A stretch of DNA of 64,000 nucleotides from Acidimicrobiales bacterium (GTDB lineage: Bacteria > Actinomycetota > Acidimicrobiia > Acidimicrobiales > GCA-2861595). A program made the translations under genes and the position numbers. A model generated the notes under the pieces. The model was given only the letters and a program-made list of their open reading frames with translations, did not search any database and was not told the DNA's origin. The DNA lies in NCBI GenBank assembly GCA_036262515.1, contig DATAIT010000127.1, positions 20,901 through 84,900 on the forward strand. Reading direction: 5' to 3'. This document shows positions 47,203 to 56,603 of this stretch, piece after piece; the stretch's first letter is position 1; each line of letters starts with the position of its first letter.

Positions 47203-47649
47203 GTGGGGCGTGTGGTGAAGCCGCACGGTCTGCGGGGCGAGGTCGTCGTCGAGCTGTACACCGACCGCACCGAGCGCCTGGCCCCCGGCAGCGTGCTCGA
47301 CACGCCCACCGGCCCGCTCGAGGTGATGCGCTCGTCCGCCCACCAGCGCCGCTGGATCGTGACGTTCGCCGGCGTCGTCGACCACGCCGGGGCCGAGGCC
47401 CTGCGCGGCGCCGTGCTGTCCGCCGAGCCGATCGACGACCCCGCTGCCCTCTGGGTGCACGAGCTGGTCGGATCCGAGGTCGTCGACGCGTCCGGTGCCG
47501 GCCACGGCACCGTCGTAGCCGTCGAAGCCAACCCGGCCAGCGACCTCCTCGTGCTCGACGGCGGGGGGCTGGTGCCGCTTCGCTTCGTCGTGTCGTCGGA
47601 GCCCGGCAGGCTCACGGTCGACCTGCCCGCCGGCCTCCTCGACCTCTGA
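47203..47649 (+). CDS. rimM: Ribosome maturation factor RimM
   Basis: 'VGRVVKPHGLRGEVVVE' N-terminus and PRC barrel C-terminus. The GTG 47203 start is chosen by homology pattern; CTG 47197 is possible. Confidence 0.85.
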   Translation: MGRVVKPHGLRGEVVVELYTDRTERLAPGSVLDTPTGPLEVMRSSAHQRRWIVTFAGVVDHAGAEALRGAVLSAEPIDDPAALWVHELVGSEVVDASGAGHGTVVAVEANPASDLLVLDGGGLVPLRFVVSSEPGRLTVDLPAGLLDL

Positions 47650-47668
47650 CGGCGCGGAAGCGGCGGCC

Positions 47669-48481
47669 GTGCGCATCGACATCTTCACCATCTTCCCGGC
47701 GCTCGTCGACGGCTATCTCGGCGCCAGCCTGATCGGCAAGGCCCGCGCCGGCGGCGTGCTGGACGTGCGCGTGCACGATCTGCGCTCGGCCGCCGTCGAC
47801 CCACATCGCAGCGTGGACGACGCTCCCTTCGGGGGCGGGGCGGGGATGGTGCTGGCACCGGAGCCGGTGTTCGGGGCCGTCGAGGTGGTGCAGCCGCCGC
47901 GTCCGCTCCTCCTGCTGGCGCCGACGGGTCGCCGTCTCGACCAGGACGTGGTGCGGGAGCTGGCCGGCGGTGCGGGGCTGTCACTCCTGTGTGGGCGCTA
48001 CGAAGGAGTGGACCAGCGGGTCGTGGACCACCTGGTCGACGGCGAGTTGTCGATCGGCGACTACGTGCTGGCCGGCGGCGAGGCCGCCGCGCTGGTGGTG
48101 GTGGAGGCGGTCGCCCGCCTGGTGCCCGGAGTGATGGGGAACGAGGCGTCGGCCGAGTCCGAGAGCTTCGGCGACGGCCTCCTGGAGGAGCCCCAGTACA
48201 CCCGGCCGGCCGACTTCCGCGGTTGGGTCGTGCCCGACGTGCTGCGGTCGGGCGACCACGGGCGCATCGCCCGATGGCGGCGGGCCGCCGCCCTGGCCCG
48301 GACCCGCGCCGCCCGCCCCGATCTGATCGAACGGCGGGGCGGTCTGTCGGAGGACGAGGTGCGCCTGCTCCAGGAGCACGGGTATCCTGTCGCGTCCCCC
48401 GGCGACGCCCTCCCGTCCACCGTGACGCGGCGGGAGCCGAGGCCGTCCGGGGCAGCCGACGAGGAGCGAGACGCGCCATGA
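47669..48481 (+). CDS. trmD: tRNA (guanine37-N1)-methyltransferase TrmD
   Basis: '[12 protein letters not shown]...[14 protein letters not shown]...[11 protein letters not shown]...[11 protein letters not shown]'. Confidence 0.95.
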   Translation: MRIDIFTIFPALVDGYLGASLIGKARAGGVLDVRVHDLRSAAVDPHRSVDDAPFGGGAGMVLAPEPVFGAVEVVQPPRPLLLLAPTGRRLDQDVVRELAGGAGLSLLCGRYEGVDQRVVDHLVDGELSIGDYVLAGGEAAALVVVEAVARLVPGVMGNEASAESESFGDGLLEEPQYTRPADFRGWVVPDVLRSGDHGRIARWRRAAALARTRAARPDLIERRGGLSEDEVRLLQEHGYPVASPGDALPSTVTRREPRPSGAADEERDAP

Positions 48482-48828
48482 ACCCCACAGATCTGGTCGA
48501 CCGCCGCAGCCTGCGGGACGACATCCCGGCCTTCAAGCCCGGTGACAACGTGAAGGTGCACGTGCGGGTCGTGGAGGGGACGCGCGAGCGCGTCCAGGTC
48601 TTCCAGGGCGACGTCATCGCCCGCAAGGGCGACGGCATCCGGGAGACGTTCAAGGTTCGCAAGACCAGCTTCGGCGTCGGCGTGGAGCGCACCTTCCCGG
48701 TCCACTCGCCCGTGCTGGCCAAGATCGAGGTGGTGCGCACGGGCGACGTCCGGCGGGCAAAGCTGTACTACCTCCGCGAGCGGTCCGGGAAGTCGGCGAA
48801 GATCAAGGAAAAGCGCTCCGCCCGTTGA
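48478..48828 (+). CDS. rplS: 50S ribosomal protein L19
   Basis: The ATG at 48478 overlaps the trmD TGA. '[30 protein letters not shown]'. Confidence 0.95.
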   Translation: MNPTDLVDRRSLRDDIPAFKPGDNVKVHVRVVEGTRERVQVFQGDVIARKGDGIRETFKVRKTSFGVGVERTFPVHSPVLAKIEVVRTGDVRRAKLYYLRERSGKSAKIKEKRSAR

Positions 48829-49460
48829 CGCACATGGCGTCGGCCCGGCGCGGCTCGGACCGCCCGTCGTGGTGGCGGACCGCGCGCGAGGTCCCGGTCC
48901 TGATCGTCAGCGCCGCCGTGCTCGCCTTCCTGCTCAAGACGGTCGTCGCCCAGGCGTTCTACATCCCGTCGGGGTCCATGCTGCCGCAGCTCCAGATCAA
49001 CGACCGCGTGGTGGTGTCGAAGCTGGCGTACCGGCTCCACGACCCGCGCCGGGGCGACATCGTGGTGTTCGACTGCCCTGCGGTGTCGTGCGTGAACAAG
49101 AAGCACGAGGACCACGGAAGCCGGCGCATCCTCCGCAAGGTCGCCGAGGGCGTGGGCGTCGTCCAGCCGTCGACGGAGGAGTTCATCAAGCGGGTGATCG
49201 GGCTCCCGGGGGAGACGGTGGAGGGACGCGACGGCGCCGTGTACGTCGAGGGTCGTCGCCTGGTCGAGCCGTACCTCCCCCCCAACACGGTCACGTCGGA
49301 CTTCGCGCCGGTGAAGGTCCCCGACGAGCACCTGTGGGTGATGGGCGACAACCGCACCAACTCGTCCGACAGCCGCGTCTTCGGCCCGATCCCGCGCTCG
49401 ACGGTCGTCGGTCGCACCGTCCTGCGGGTGTGGCCCCTCTCGGAGGCGTCGTTCCTGTGA
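48825..49460 (+). CDS. lepB: Signal peptidase I
   Basis: 'IPSGSMLP' (Ser), '[10 protein letters not shown]' (Lys), '[11 protein letters not shown]'. The start may be the ATG at 48834. Confidence 0.9.
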   Translation: MTHMASARRGSDRPSWWRTAREVPVLIVSAAVLAFLLKTVVAQAFYIPSGSMLPQLQINDRVVVSKLAYRLHDPRRGDIVVFDCPAVSCVNKKHEDHGSRRILRKVAEGVGVVQPSTEEFIKRVIGLPGETVEGRDGAVYVEGRRLVEPYLPPNTVTSDFAPVKVPDEHLWVMGDNRTNSSDSRVFGPIPRSTVVGRTVLRVWPLSEASFL

Positions 49461-49536
49461 CGACCCGGCGCGTCGCCGTCCCGGTTCCGCCCCCGCCGTA
49501 CGATGGACGGATGCGGTCCTCCTGGGTGTCGCCCCG

Positions 49537-49830
49537 ATGAGCGCCGAGGACCTCGAGCGGTACGAGACGGAGATCGAGCTCCAGCTGTACCAGGAGTACC
49601 GCGCCGTGCTGCCGATGTTCCACTACGTGGTCGAGACCGAGCGTCGGTTCTACCTGGCCAACGACGTCAAGATGGAGGCCAAGGGCGACGGCGGTCGCAC
49701 CTACTTCGAGATCGAGCTGGGCGACGCCTGGGTGTGGGACATGTACCGCCCGGCCCGCTTCGTGTCATCGGTCCGGGTCGTCACGTTCAAGGACGTGAAC
49801 GTGGAGGAGCTCCCCGAGAAGGAGCTGTAG
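49537..49830 (+). CDS. DUF2469 domain protein
   Basis: 'ERYETEIELQLYQEYRAVLPMFHYVVETERRFYLAN' matches my memory of the conserved actinobacterial family (Rv2901c-like). Confidence 0.8.
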   Translation: MSAEDLERYETEIELQLYQEYRAVLPMFHYVVETERRFYLANDVKMEAKGDGGRTYFEIELGDAWVWDMYRPARFVSSVRVVTFKDVNVEELPEKEL

Positions 49831-49833
49831 GGG

Positions 49834-50178
49834 GTGACCGACCGGCGACGGGCGCTCGGCATCAGCGGCGAGGAGGCCGTGGCATCGTGGTACCAGGACC
49901 GAGGCTACGAGGTGGTCGTGCGCAACTGGCGGTGCCGGGAGGGCGAGCTCGACCTGGTCGTCCGGGACGGTCGGGCCTTCGTTTTCTGCGAGGTGAAGAC
50001 CCGCACCACCGATGCCTTCGGGGCGCCGGTCGAGGCCGTCACCCGGGCCAAGCAGGAGCGGCTCCGCCGCCTGGCCGCCCGGTGGCTCACCGAGGCTCCA
50101 CTTCGGCCGCGCGAGATCCGGTTCGACGTGGCCTCGGTCATGGGTGACCGCATCGAGGTTCTCGAAGGCGCCTTCTAG
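49834..50178 (+). CDS. yraN: YraN family (UPF0102) endonuclease-like protein
   Basis: 'GEEAVASWYQDRGYEVVVRNWRCREGELDLV...FCEVKTR'. Confidence 0.85.
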   Translation: MTDRRRALGISGEEAVASWYQDRGYEVVVRNWRCREGELDLVVRDGRAFVFCEVKTRTTDAFGAPVEAVTRAKQERLRRLAARWLTEAPLRPREIRFDVASVMGDRIEVLEGAF

Positions 50179-50230
50179 CGCCTCGCCGCGCCTCCAGCCC
50201 CCGCTCCACCGGCGAGACGAGGTGTCCGGG

Positions 50231-50470
50231 TCACCGGGCCGGCACCCGGCCGGGGCGCCGGCGGCCACGGTGCTCCCAGCACGGCGCGTGCCAGTGCCGG
50301 CGCAGGTCGGGGGCGTCGAGGGGGACGGCCACGACGTGCCCTGTCCCCGCCGGGATCTCCTGGTTGCACCCGGGGCACAGGTACGCCTTCGTGGCCTGGT
50401 AGGGCTGGACGCGCCGGACCTCGACGCCGTCCGCCTCGCCGGCAGTGCCGCCGGGCGGGAGCACGCTCAC
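50231..50470 (-). CDS. Small Zn-ribbon protein (family often auto-named 'ATP/GTP-binding protein')
   Basis: GTG at 50470 (or 50464) within ORF 50231..50692. 'TKAYLCPGCNQEIPAGTGHVVAVP...RRHWHAPCW'. Confidence 0.6.
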   Translation of the reverse strand: MSVLPPGGTAGEADGVEVRRVQPYQATKAYLCPGCNQEIPAGTGHVVAVPLDAPDLRRHWHAPCWEHRGRRRPGRVPAR

Positions 50471-50507
50471 GGCCGCCAACCTACGGTCGGCAGCCCCCGG
50501 CGCGGGC

Positions 50508-51167
50508 TCAGAAGCAGAGCGGTCCGACCCGGGCGTCGAAGAACCCGCACCGGTCGACGGCGTCGACGTGCCCGTAGATCGACCGCAGCCCGGCCGCGTC
50601 GACGGCGTCGGGCCGCTCCGGGCCACCCGTGGGGTACATGACGGAGCCGATGCGAGGGGTGTGCGGCAAGCCCAGGGCGTGGCCGAGCTCATGGGTCGCC
50701 ACCACCCGGCGGCGGGCGGCGCGCAACGGGCAGTCGGCGCACACCAGCACGGTCGCCACCGCGATGTGCGCCTGGGCGTGGTCGTCCCCGAGCTCGATCC
50801 TCGTCACCCCCTCACGGCGCAGCTGGAGGTGGTCGTCGAGGACGTCGGCCGACGCGCCGCACACCACGATCCGGTCCGATTCCGGATCGCACGAGCCCGT
50901 GGCAGCCGTCCAGGTCAGCCGGAGCCCCGTTCCCGCCCCCGCCTCGTTCCACACCGCGACGGCGAACTGGTTGGCCTGATGCCACGCAGGGTCGCCGGTC
51001 TTGTCGGCCACGACCAGCGTCCGCCCGGCGGTGGACCAGTGGGGATCGCCGGTGATGCGGGACAGTGCGGCCGCGACGCTGTGATCGAGGATCAGCCCGA
51101 CGGCCGTGAGGAACAGCACGGCGTTGGCGAGGCGGAGGCCGCGGTAGAGGAGGGGTCGTGTCGTCAC
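50508..51167 (-). CDS. Matrixin-like (M10) zinc metalloprotease, N-terminal TM anchor
   Basis: 'HELGHALGLPHTPRIGSVMYP' is HExxHxxGxxH plus a Met-turn. TM 'LANAVLFLTAVGLIL'. A GTG at 51167 is likelier than the ORF-track start at 51257. Confidence 0.8.
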   Translation of the reverse strand: MTTRPLLYRGLRLANAVLFLTAVGLILDHSVAAALSRITGDPHWSTAGRTLVVADKTGDPAWHQANQFAVAVWNEAGAGTGLRLTWTAATGSCDPESDRIVVCGASADVLDDHLQLRREGVTRIELGDDHAQAHIAVATVLVCADCPLRAARRRVVATHELGHALGLPHTPRIGSVMYPTGGPERPDAVDAAGLRSIYGHVDAVDRCGFFDARVGPLCF

Positions 51168-51337
51168 TGTTGGGGGGGCCGGGGGACAGGGGCGCTGGCA
51201 ATGTGCAACACAGGCTCGCCCCGCATCGTTCCCCGCGGCATCCCTTTCCAAAGTCACCGGTGCCCTGTAGATTGCCCCCAGCGCTCGAGCGGCCGCCGCA
51301 AGGCCCCTCCTCCCACATCCGTGCCGAGGAGCCGCCG

Positions 51338-52846
51338 TTGATCGCCACCATTCCCTCCGCCACCCTCCTCGGCGTCGAGGGCCGCCCCGTCACCATCGAG
51401 GTGCACGTCTCCAGTGGCCTGCCGGGGTTCACGGTCGTGGGTCTTCCCGATGCCGCGTGCCGCGAGTCGCGCGACCGCGTGCGGGCCGCCCTACTGTCCA
51501 CCGGGCTGTCGTGGCCACTCAAGCGGGTCACGGTCAACCTGGCGCCGTCGGGGGTCCGCAAGGGTGGGCCGGGGCTCGACCTGCCCATCGCCATCGCCCT
51601 GCTGGTCGCCAACGGCGACCTGAAGCCGGAGCTGGTCGCCGGCACCGCCTTCGTCGGGGAGCTCGGGCTCGACGGCTCGCTGCGCCGGGTGCCCGGCATG
51701 GTGTCGCTGGTCGACGCCCTCAGCGCCCCTGCGGTGGTGGTACCCACGCCGTGCACCCGGGAGGCCGCCCTCGTCGGCCGCCACTCGGTGCGCGGCGCCT
51801 CCACCATGCGCGTCGTGCTCGACGCCCTGCGGGGGGACGGAGACTGGGAGGAGGCGCCCGCCGCCGCCGCCGAAGGACCGACGCTCCCGTGCGACCTGGC
51901 CGACGTGCGGGGGCAGCGGTTCGCCCGCTGGGCCCTGGAGGTGGCGGCGGCCGGCGCGCACCACCTGCTCCTCGCCGGTCCGCCGGGGGCCGGTAAGACG
52001 CTCCTGGCCCGCCGCCTGGCCGGCCTGCTCCCGCCCCTCGACCGGGTCGCCGCCCTCGAGACGACGCGTGTCCACTCTGCCGCCGGGCTCGAGCTGCCGC
52101 CGGAGGGGCTGGTGCGGCGGCCGCCCCTGCGGGCCCCCCACCACGGCGCCTCGCCGGTGTCCCTGGTGGGCGGCGGCTCGGCGTGGCTGCGTCCCGGGGA
52201 GATCTCGATGGCGCACAACGGCGTCCTGTTCCTCGACGAGATGGGCGAGTTCCCCGCCTCCGTGCTCGACGCCCTGCGCCAGCCCCTGGAGGAAGGGGTG
52301 GTGCGGGTCTGCCGGGCCCGGGCCAGCGTCACCCTTCCCGCCCGGTTCCTCCTCGTGGCCGCCATGAACCCGTGCCCGTGCGGCGAGGGCGGTCCGCCCG
52401 GATCGTGCCGGTGCAGCGAGGCCGCTCGAGCCCGGTACGGCCGGCGCCTGTCCGGGCCGCTGCTCGACCGCTTCGACCTGCGAGTGCCGGTGAGCAGGCC
52501 CGACGTGACCGAGCTCCTGCGGGGACCGGCCGGCGAGGGGACGGCGGCGGTGGCGGCAAGGGTCGCCGCCGCCCGCGCCCTGGCCGCCACGCGTGGCGTG
52601 CGTGCCAACGCCGACCTGGCGGCCGCCGACCTCGACCGTGTCGCCCCGCTCACCCCGGCTGCGTGGCGGGTGCTGGAGTACCGCTTGCGGGCGGGATCCC
52701 TCAGCGCCCGTGGTCTGCACCGCGTGCGGCGGGTGGCCCGCACGCTGGCCGACCTCGACGGCGTCCCCTCCACGCTGGGCGAGGAGCACGTGTGCGGGGC
52801 CCTGGAGCTGCGTACCGAGGCCGACGCCCTGGCCGCCGTCTCATGA
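51338..52846 (+). CDS. yifB: YifB/ComM family Mg-chelatase-like AAA+ ATPase
   Basis: TTG at 51338. Lon-like N-domain 'GLPGFTVVGLPD', Walker A 'GPPGAGKTLLARRL', 'GVLFLDEMGEF'. Confidence 0.9.
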   Translation: MIATIPSATLLGVEGRPVTIEVHVSSGLPGFTVVGLPDAACRESRDRVRAALLSTGLSWPLKRVTVNLAPSGVRKGGPGLDLPIAIALLVANGDLKPELVAGTAFVGELGLDGSLRRVPGMVSLVDALSAPAVVVPTPCTREAALVGRHSVRGASTMRVVLDALRGDGDWEEAPAAAAEGPTLPCDLADVRGQRFARWALEVAAAGAHHLLLAGPPGAGKTLLARRLAGLLPPLDRVAALETTRVHSAAGLELPPEGLVRRPPLRAPHHGASPVSLVGGGSAWLRPGEISMAHNGVLFLDEMGEFPASVLDALRQPLEEGVVRVCRARASVTLPARFLLVAAMNPCPCGEGGPPGSCRCSEAARARYGRRLSGPLLDRFDLRVPVSRPDVTELLRGPAGEGTAAVAARVAAARALAATRGVRANADLAAADLDRVAPLTPAAWRVLEYRLRAGSLSARGLHRVRRVARTLADLDGVPSTLGEEHVCGALELRTEADALAAVS

Positions 52847-53973
52847 ACGCACGCGGACGTCGGCTCTCCGAGCCCGCCACCGTGTCCGTCTCGGGGCCTG
52901 CAGCGGCCGGCGAGCCCGAGTGGGCCTACGCCGCCGCCCTTGCCGGTCTGCCGTACATGGCGTGGGACCGCCTGTCCGATCTCCTGGCCACCGGACCGCC
53001 CAGCGAGGCGTGGGCGGGGGTGGCGAGCGGCGGCAGGGGGCAGGCGCTGGCCCGGGCGGCCGCCCGGACGTCGGTGGCGTGGGTGGCCGAGGCCCACACC
53101 GGCGCCGGCGTGGCCGTGCACCTCCTCGGCCAGCAGGGCTTCCCGACCGCCCTGGCCGGGGACCACGAGGCGCCGCCGGCGCTGTTCCGCCTCGGCTTGC
53201 CCGCCGCCCTCGACGGGGTGCTGGTCGGCATCGTGGGCACCCGCCGGGCCACGGGCTACGGGCGCGACGTGGCCCGCCAGTTCGGGCGGGAGCTGGCCGA
53301 GGCCGGCGTCGGGGTGGTCTCCGGCCTGGCCCTCGGCATCGACGGAGCCGCCCACGAGGGCGCGCTCGCCGGCGGTGGGGCACCACCCGTCGGTGTCGTC
53401 GGCAGCGGGCTCGACGTCGTGTACCCCCGCCGCCACGCCGACCTCTGGCGGCGGGTGGCCGCCGACGGCTGCCTGCTCTCGGAGGCGCCGCTCGGCGCCC
53501 GTCCGGAGCCGTGGCGCTTTCCCGCCCGCAACCGGCTCATCGCCGCCCTGTCGTCGGTCCTCGTCGTGGTGGAGTCCCATGCCGCCGGAGGGTCCATGCA
53601 CACGGTCAGGGCGGCGGCCGAGCGCGGCGTCACGGTGATGGCGGTTCCGGGGCCGGTGCGCAGCCCGGCGTCGATGGGCACCAACCGTCTCCTGGCCGAC
53701 GGCTGCGTCCCTGCGTGCGATCCCGGCGACGTACTGGTGGCGCTGGCCCTGGAGACGGCGGGCCGGCCGGCGAGGGTCGAGCGCCGCCCGCCGCCGGCAG
53801 GGGAGGAGGCGGCCGTGCTGGAACTGCTGGGGTGGGAGGCGGTGAGCGTCGACGCGCTGCTCGCCGCCACCGACCTGGCGCCGTCGCGCGTCGCCGTCGC
53901 GTTGAGCCGGCTCGAGCAGTCGGGTTGGGCCCGTGGGCGGGGTGGTTGGTGGGAGCGGGTGGGGGCGCCATGA
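52843..53973 (+). CDS. dprA: DNA-processing protein DprA
   Basis: The ATG overlaps the yifB TGA. '[11 protein letters not shown]...[18 protein letters not shown]...[12 protein letters not shown]'. Confidence 0.9.
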   Translation: MNARGRRLSEPATVSVSGPAAAGEPEWAYAAALAGLPYMAWDRLSDLLATGPPSEAWAGVASGGRGQALARAAARTSVAWVAEAHTGAGVAVHLLGQQGFPTALAGDHEAPPALFRLGLPAALDGVLVGIVGTRRATGYGRDVARQFGRELAEAGVGVVSGLALGIDGAAHEGALAGGGAPPVGVVGSGLDVVYPRRHADLWRRVAADGCLLSEAPLGARPEPWRFPARNRLIAALSSVLVVVESHAAGGSMHTVRAAAERGVTVMAVPGPVRSPASMGTNRLLADGCVPACDPGDVLVALALETAGRPARVERRPPPAGEEAAVLELLGWEAVSVDALLAATDLAPSRVAVALSRLEQSGWARGRGGWWERVGAP

Positions 53974-54061
53974 CCCCTGCGCCGCCGGTCGGACGATCGA
54001 GTTCCCGGAGCGGCTGCGCCTACACTGCGGCGAGTTCCCGGCCCGCGGCGTCAGGACCGAC

Positions 54062-54838
54062 GTGGAAAGCGAAGACCAGAAGGTTCTCGACGAGCTGTGG
54101 AAGGAGTACAAGTCGACGGCGTCCCAGCGCGCCCGCGACCGGCTCATCGTGCACTACTCGCCGCTCGTGAAGTACGTCGCCGGCCGGGTCTCCGTGGGTC
54201 TTCCGCAGAACATCGAGCACGCCGACCTGGTGAGCTACGGCATCTTCGGGCTCATCGACGCCATCGACAAGTTCGACATCGAGCGCAAGATCAAGTTCGA
54301 GACCTACGCCATCGCCCGCATCAAGGGAGCGATCATCGACGAGCTGCGCTCGATCGACTGGGTGCCCCGTTCGGTCCGGGCCAAGGCCCGCAACGTCGAG
54401 AAGGCGTACGCCAGCCTGGAAGCCAAGCTCCTTCGCACGCCCACCGACGCCGAGGTGGCGGCCGAGCTCAACATCGGCGAGTCCGAGCTGCACGCCCTGT
54501 TCACCCAGATCTCGTTCGTCGGCCTGGTGGCGCTCGACGAGGTGCTCTCGGCGGGCGAGCGGGGCGAGTCGGCCACGCTGGGCGACACCATCGCCGACAA
54601 GGGGCAGGGCCCGGTGGCCGTGTTCGAGGTCGAGGAGATGAAGCAGATCCTCGCCCAGACCATCAACCGCCTGGGCGACCGCGAGAAGATCGTGCTCACG
54701 CTCTACTACTACGAGGGCCTCACCCTCGCCGAGATCGGCGAGGTGCTGGGCGTCACCGAGAGCCGGGTCTGCCAGATCCACACCAAGGCTGTCCTGCAGC
54801 TTCGGGCCCGGATGGGTCCCGAACGGGAAGCGGGTTGA
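54062..54838 (+). CDS. FliA/WhiG-family (sigma-28 type) RNA polymerase sigma factor
   Basis: GTG at 54062 in ORF 53933..54838. Region 2 '[17 protein letters not shown]...[14 protein letters not shown]'. Region 4.2 '[24 protein letters not shown]'. Confidence 0.85.
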   Translation: MESEDQKVLDELWKEYKSTASQRARDRLIVHYSPLVKYVAGRVSVGLPQNIEHADLVSYGIFGLIDAIDKFDIERKIKFETYAIARIKGAIIDELRSIDWVPRSVRAKARNVEKAYASLEAKLLRTPTDAEVAAELNIGESELHALFTQISFVGLVALDEVLSAGERGESATLGDTIADKGQGPVAVFEVEEMKQILAQTINRLGDREKIVLTLYYYEGLTLAEIGEVLGVTESRVCQIHTKAVLQLRARMGPEREAG

Positions 54839-54872
54839 CCCGATAGGGCCCTGACCGCCCGAGCAGCGCAGT

Positions 54873-54891
54873 GCCGCCGGCCAACGGCGGC
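54873..54891 (+). terminator. Candidate intrinsic terminator after the sigma-factor gene
   Basis: 7-bp GC stem 'gccgccg' / 'cggcggc' with loop 'gccaa', followed by 'gcctctttccccctttcc'. Confidence 0.35.
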
Positions 54892-54960
54892 GCCTCTTTC
54901 CCCCTTTCCGCCTCGGCGGCCCCACCTCCCCCTCCGCGTCGTCGTGACCAGGGGAGAGCC

Positions 54961-56589
54961 ATGCGTCGAGGCATGGGAGTGGCCATGCTGGCGGCGGCCG
55001 CCACCGCCGCCGTCTGCATCACCGTCGCACCCGGCCCGGCCGCCGCCACGACCACCGCGGCGACGGCCCGCGGCGGTGACGGGCTGGCCGGCCCCGTCGA
55101 GTACCGCCCGCCGGTCGACGCTCCCGTGGTCGACGGCTTCCGGCCCCCGTCGACGCCCTTCGGCGCCGGCAACGTGGGCATCGACTACGCCACCACGCCG
55201 GGGACGCCGGTCGTCGCCGCCGCCGCCGGCCAGGTGGTGTTCGCCGGCCGGGTGGGCTTCGGGCTGCACGTCGTCGTCCTGCACGAGGACGGCATCCGCA
55301 CGAGCTCGTCGTTCCTCGCGTCCATCGCCGTGCGCCGCGGCCAGGAGGTCGCCGCCGGGGAGGTGGTGGGGACCACCGGGGCCTTCCTCCATTTCGGGGC
55401 CCGGGCCGGCGACGCCTATCTCGACCCCCTCGTCCTCTTCGGCGCCGGCGTGGCCGTCTCGGCCCACCTGGTCCCCGACGGCCAGCGGGCCATGGGCAGC
55501 GAGGCCGACGAGCGCGGCGGCCTCCGACGGTTCCTCGGGGCCGTGCCGCGGGTGGTCGTCGGCGTCGGCGCCACCGCCGTCGGGTGGGCGCGCGACGGCG
55601 TCGTCGTCGTGGGCACCGACGCGCTGGCGTCGGCCGAGCAGATGCAGGCGTGGTTCGAGGCCGTCGTCCCCCTCGGTCCGTCGTCGGTCCTCCGGGTGGC
55701 GTCCGGGATCGGCGCGTGGTGGGACCGTCGCGACGAGTGCACGCCCGCAGGCGTCGAACCCCCTCCGCCGTCGGCGCGGCGGAGGGTCGTGCTGGTGGCC
55801 GGGCTGGGCTCCACGTCGGCTCCCCGGGCCGGTATCGACGGCGTCGACACCGCTGCGCTCGGCTACGCCGCGGTCGACGTGCACCGCTTCTCCTACCGGG
55901 GCGGAACGACGGCCGAGTCGTCCTACACGGCGGCCGACACCCAGGTCGACATCGCCGAGTCCGGCCTCCGGCTGCGCGAGCTGCTCGAGCGGCTGGCGGT
56001 CGCCGAGCCAGGCGTCCCGATCGACGTGATCGCCCACTCCCAGGGCGGCCTGGTGGCTCGCGCCGCCCTCGGCCCCACGCCACCGGCGGGTGTCGAGAAC
56101 CTGATCACCCTGGCCACGCCCCACCAGGGTGCCGACCTGGCCACCGGGCTGGACCTGGTCGCCACCGGCCCGACCGGCGCCGTGCTGGAGGAGGCCGTCT
56201 CGCACCTGGGGGTGGCCGGCATCGACCCGACGTCCACGTCGGTGCGCCAGCTGTCCGAGCTGTCGCCGTTCCTCCGCCGGCTCAACGCCCAGCCGCTGCC
56301 AGAGGGCGTTCGGGTGACGTCGATCGCCGGCCGGGCCGACGTGATCGTGCCGGCGCCGCACGCCCGGCTCCGCGGCGCCACCAACGTCGTGGTGACCGTG
56401 CGCGGTCTGAACGAGCACCCGCTGGTCCCCGGCGCGCCGGCTGCCACCCGCGAGATGGCCCTGGCCGTGGCGGGGATGGCGCCGACGTGCGAGAAGTTCT
56501 TCGACGCCATGGCCGACGTGGTGGTCGGCGAGACGATCACCGCCGGCGAGGACGCCCTCGGCCTGGCGCTGTGGGGGGCGACGCGATGA
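54961..56589 (+). CDS. Secreted fusion protein: degenerate LytM (M23) domain plus alpha/beta-hydrolase (lipase/esterase-like) domain
   Basis: Signal 'MGVAMLAAAATAAVCITVAPGPAAA'. M23-like 'GNVGIDYATTPGTPVVAAAAGQVVFAG...LHVVVLHEDGIRT'. C-terminal half has a 'VIAHSQGGLVA' nucleophile elbow. Confidence 0.75.
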   Translation: MRRGMGVAMLAAAATAAVCITVAPGPAAATTTAATARGGDGLAGPVEYRPPVDAPVVDGFRPPSTPFGAGNVGIDYATTPGTPVVAAAAGQVVFAGRVGFGLHVVVLHEDGIRTSSSFLASIAVRRGQEVAAGEVVGTTGAFLHFGARAGDAYLDPLVLFGAGVAVSAHLVPDGQRAMGSEADERGGLRRFLGAVPRVVVGVGATAVGWARDGVVVVGTDALASAEQMQAWFEAVVPLGPSSVLRVASGIGAWWDRRDECTPAGVEPPPPSARRRVVLVAGLGSTSAPRAGIDGVDTAALGYAAVDVHRFSYRGGTTAESSYTAADTQVDIAESGLRLRELLERLAVAEPGVPIDVIAHSQGGLVARAALGPTPPAGVENLITLATPHQGADLATGLDLVATGPTGAVLEEAVSHLGVAGIDPTSTSVRQLSELSPFLRRLNAQPLPEGVRVTSIAGRADVIVPAPHARLRGATNVVVTVRGLNEHPLVPGAPAATREMALAVAGMAPTCEKFFDAMADVVVGETITAGEDALGLALWGATR

Positions 56590-56603
56590 GCGACGCCGCG
56601 TCC

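Noticed and set aside
50812-54147. 1111-aa ORF on the - strand
   Set aside because: It is antisense to yifB and dprA, both strongly supported. It has a low-complexity Arg/Pro/Ser-rich translation.
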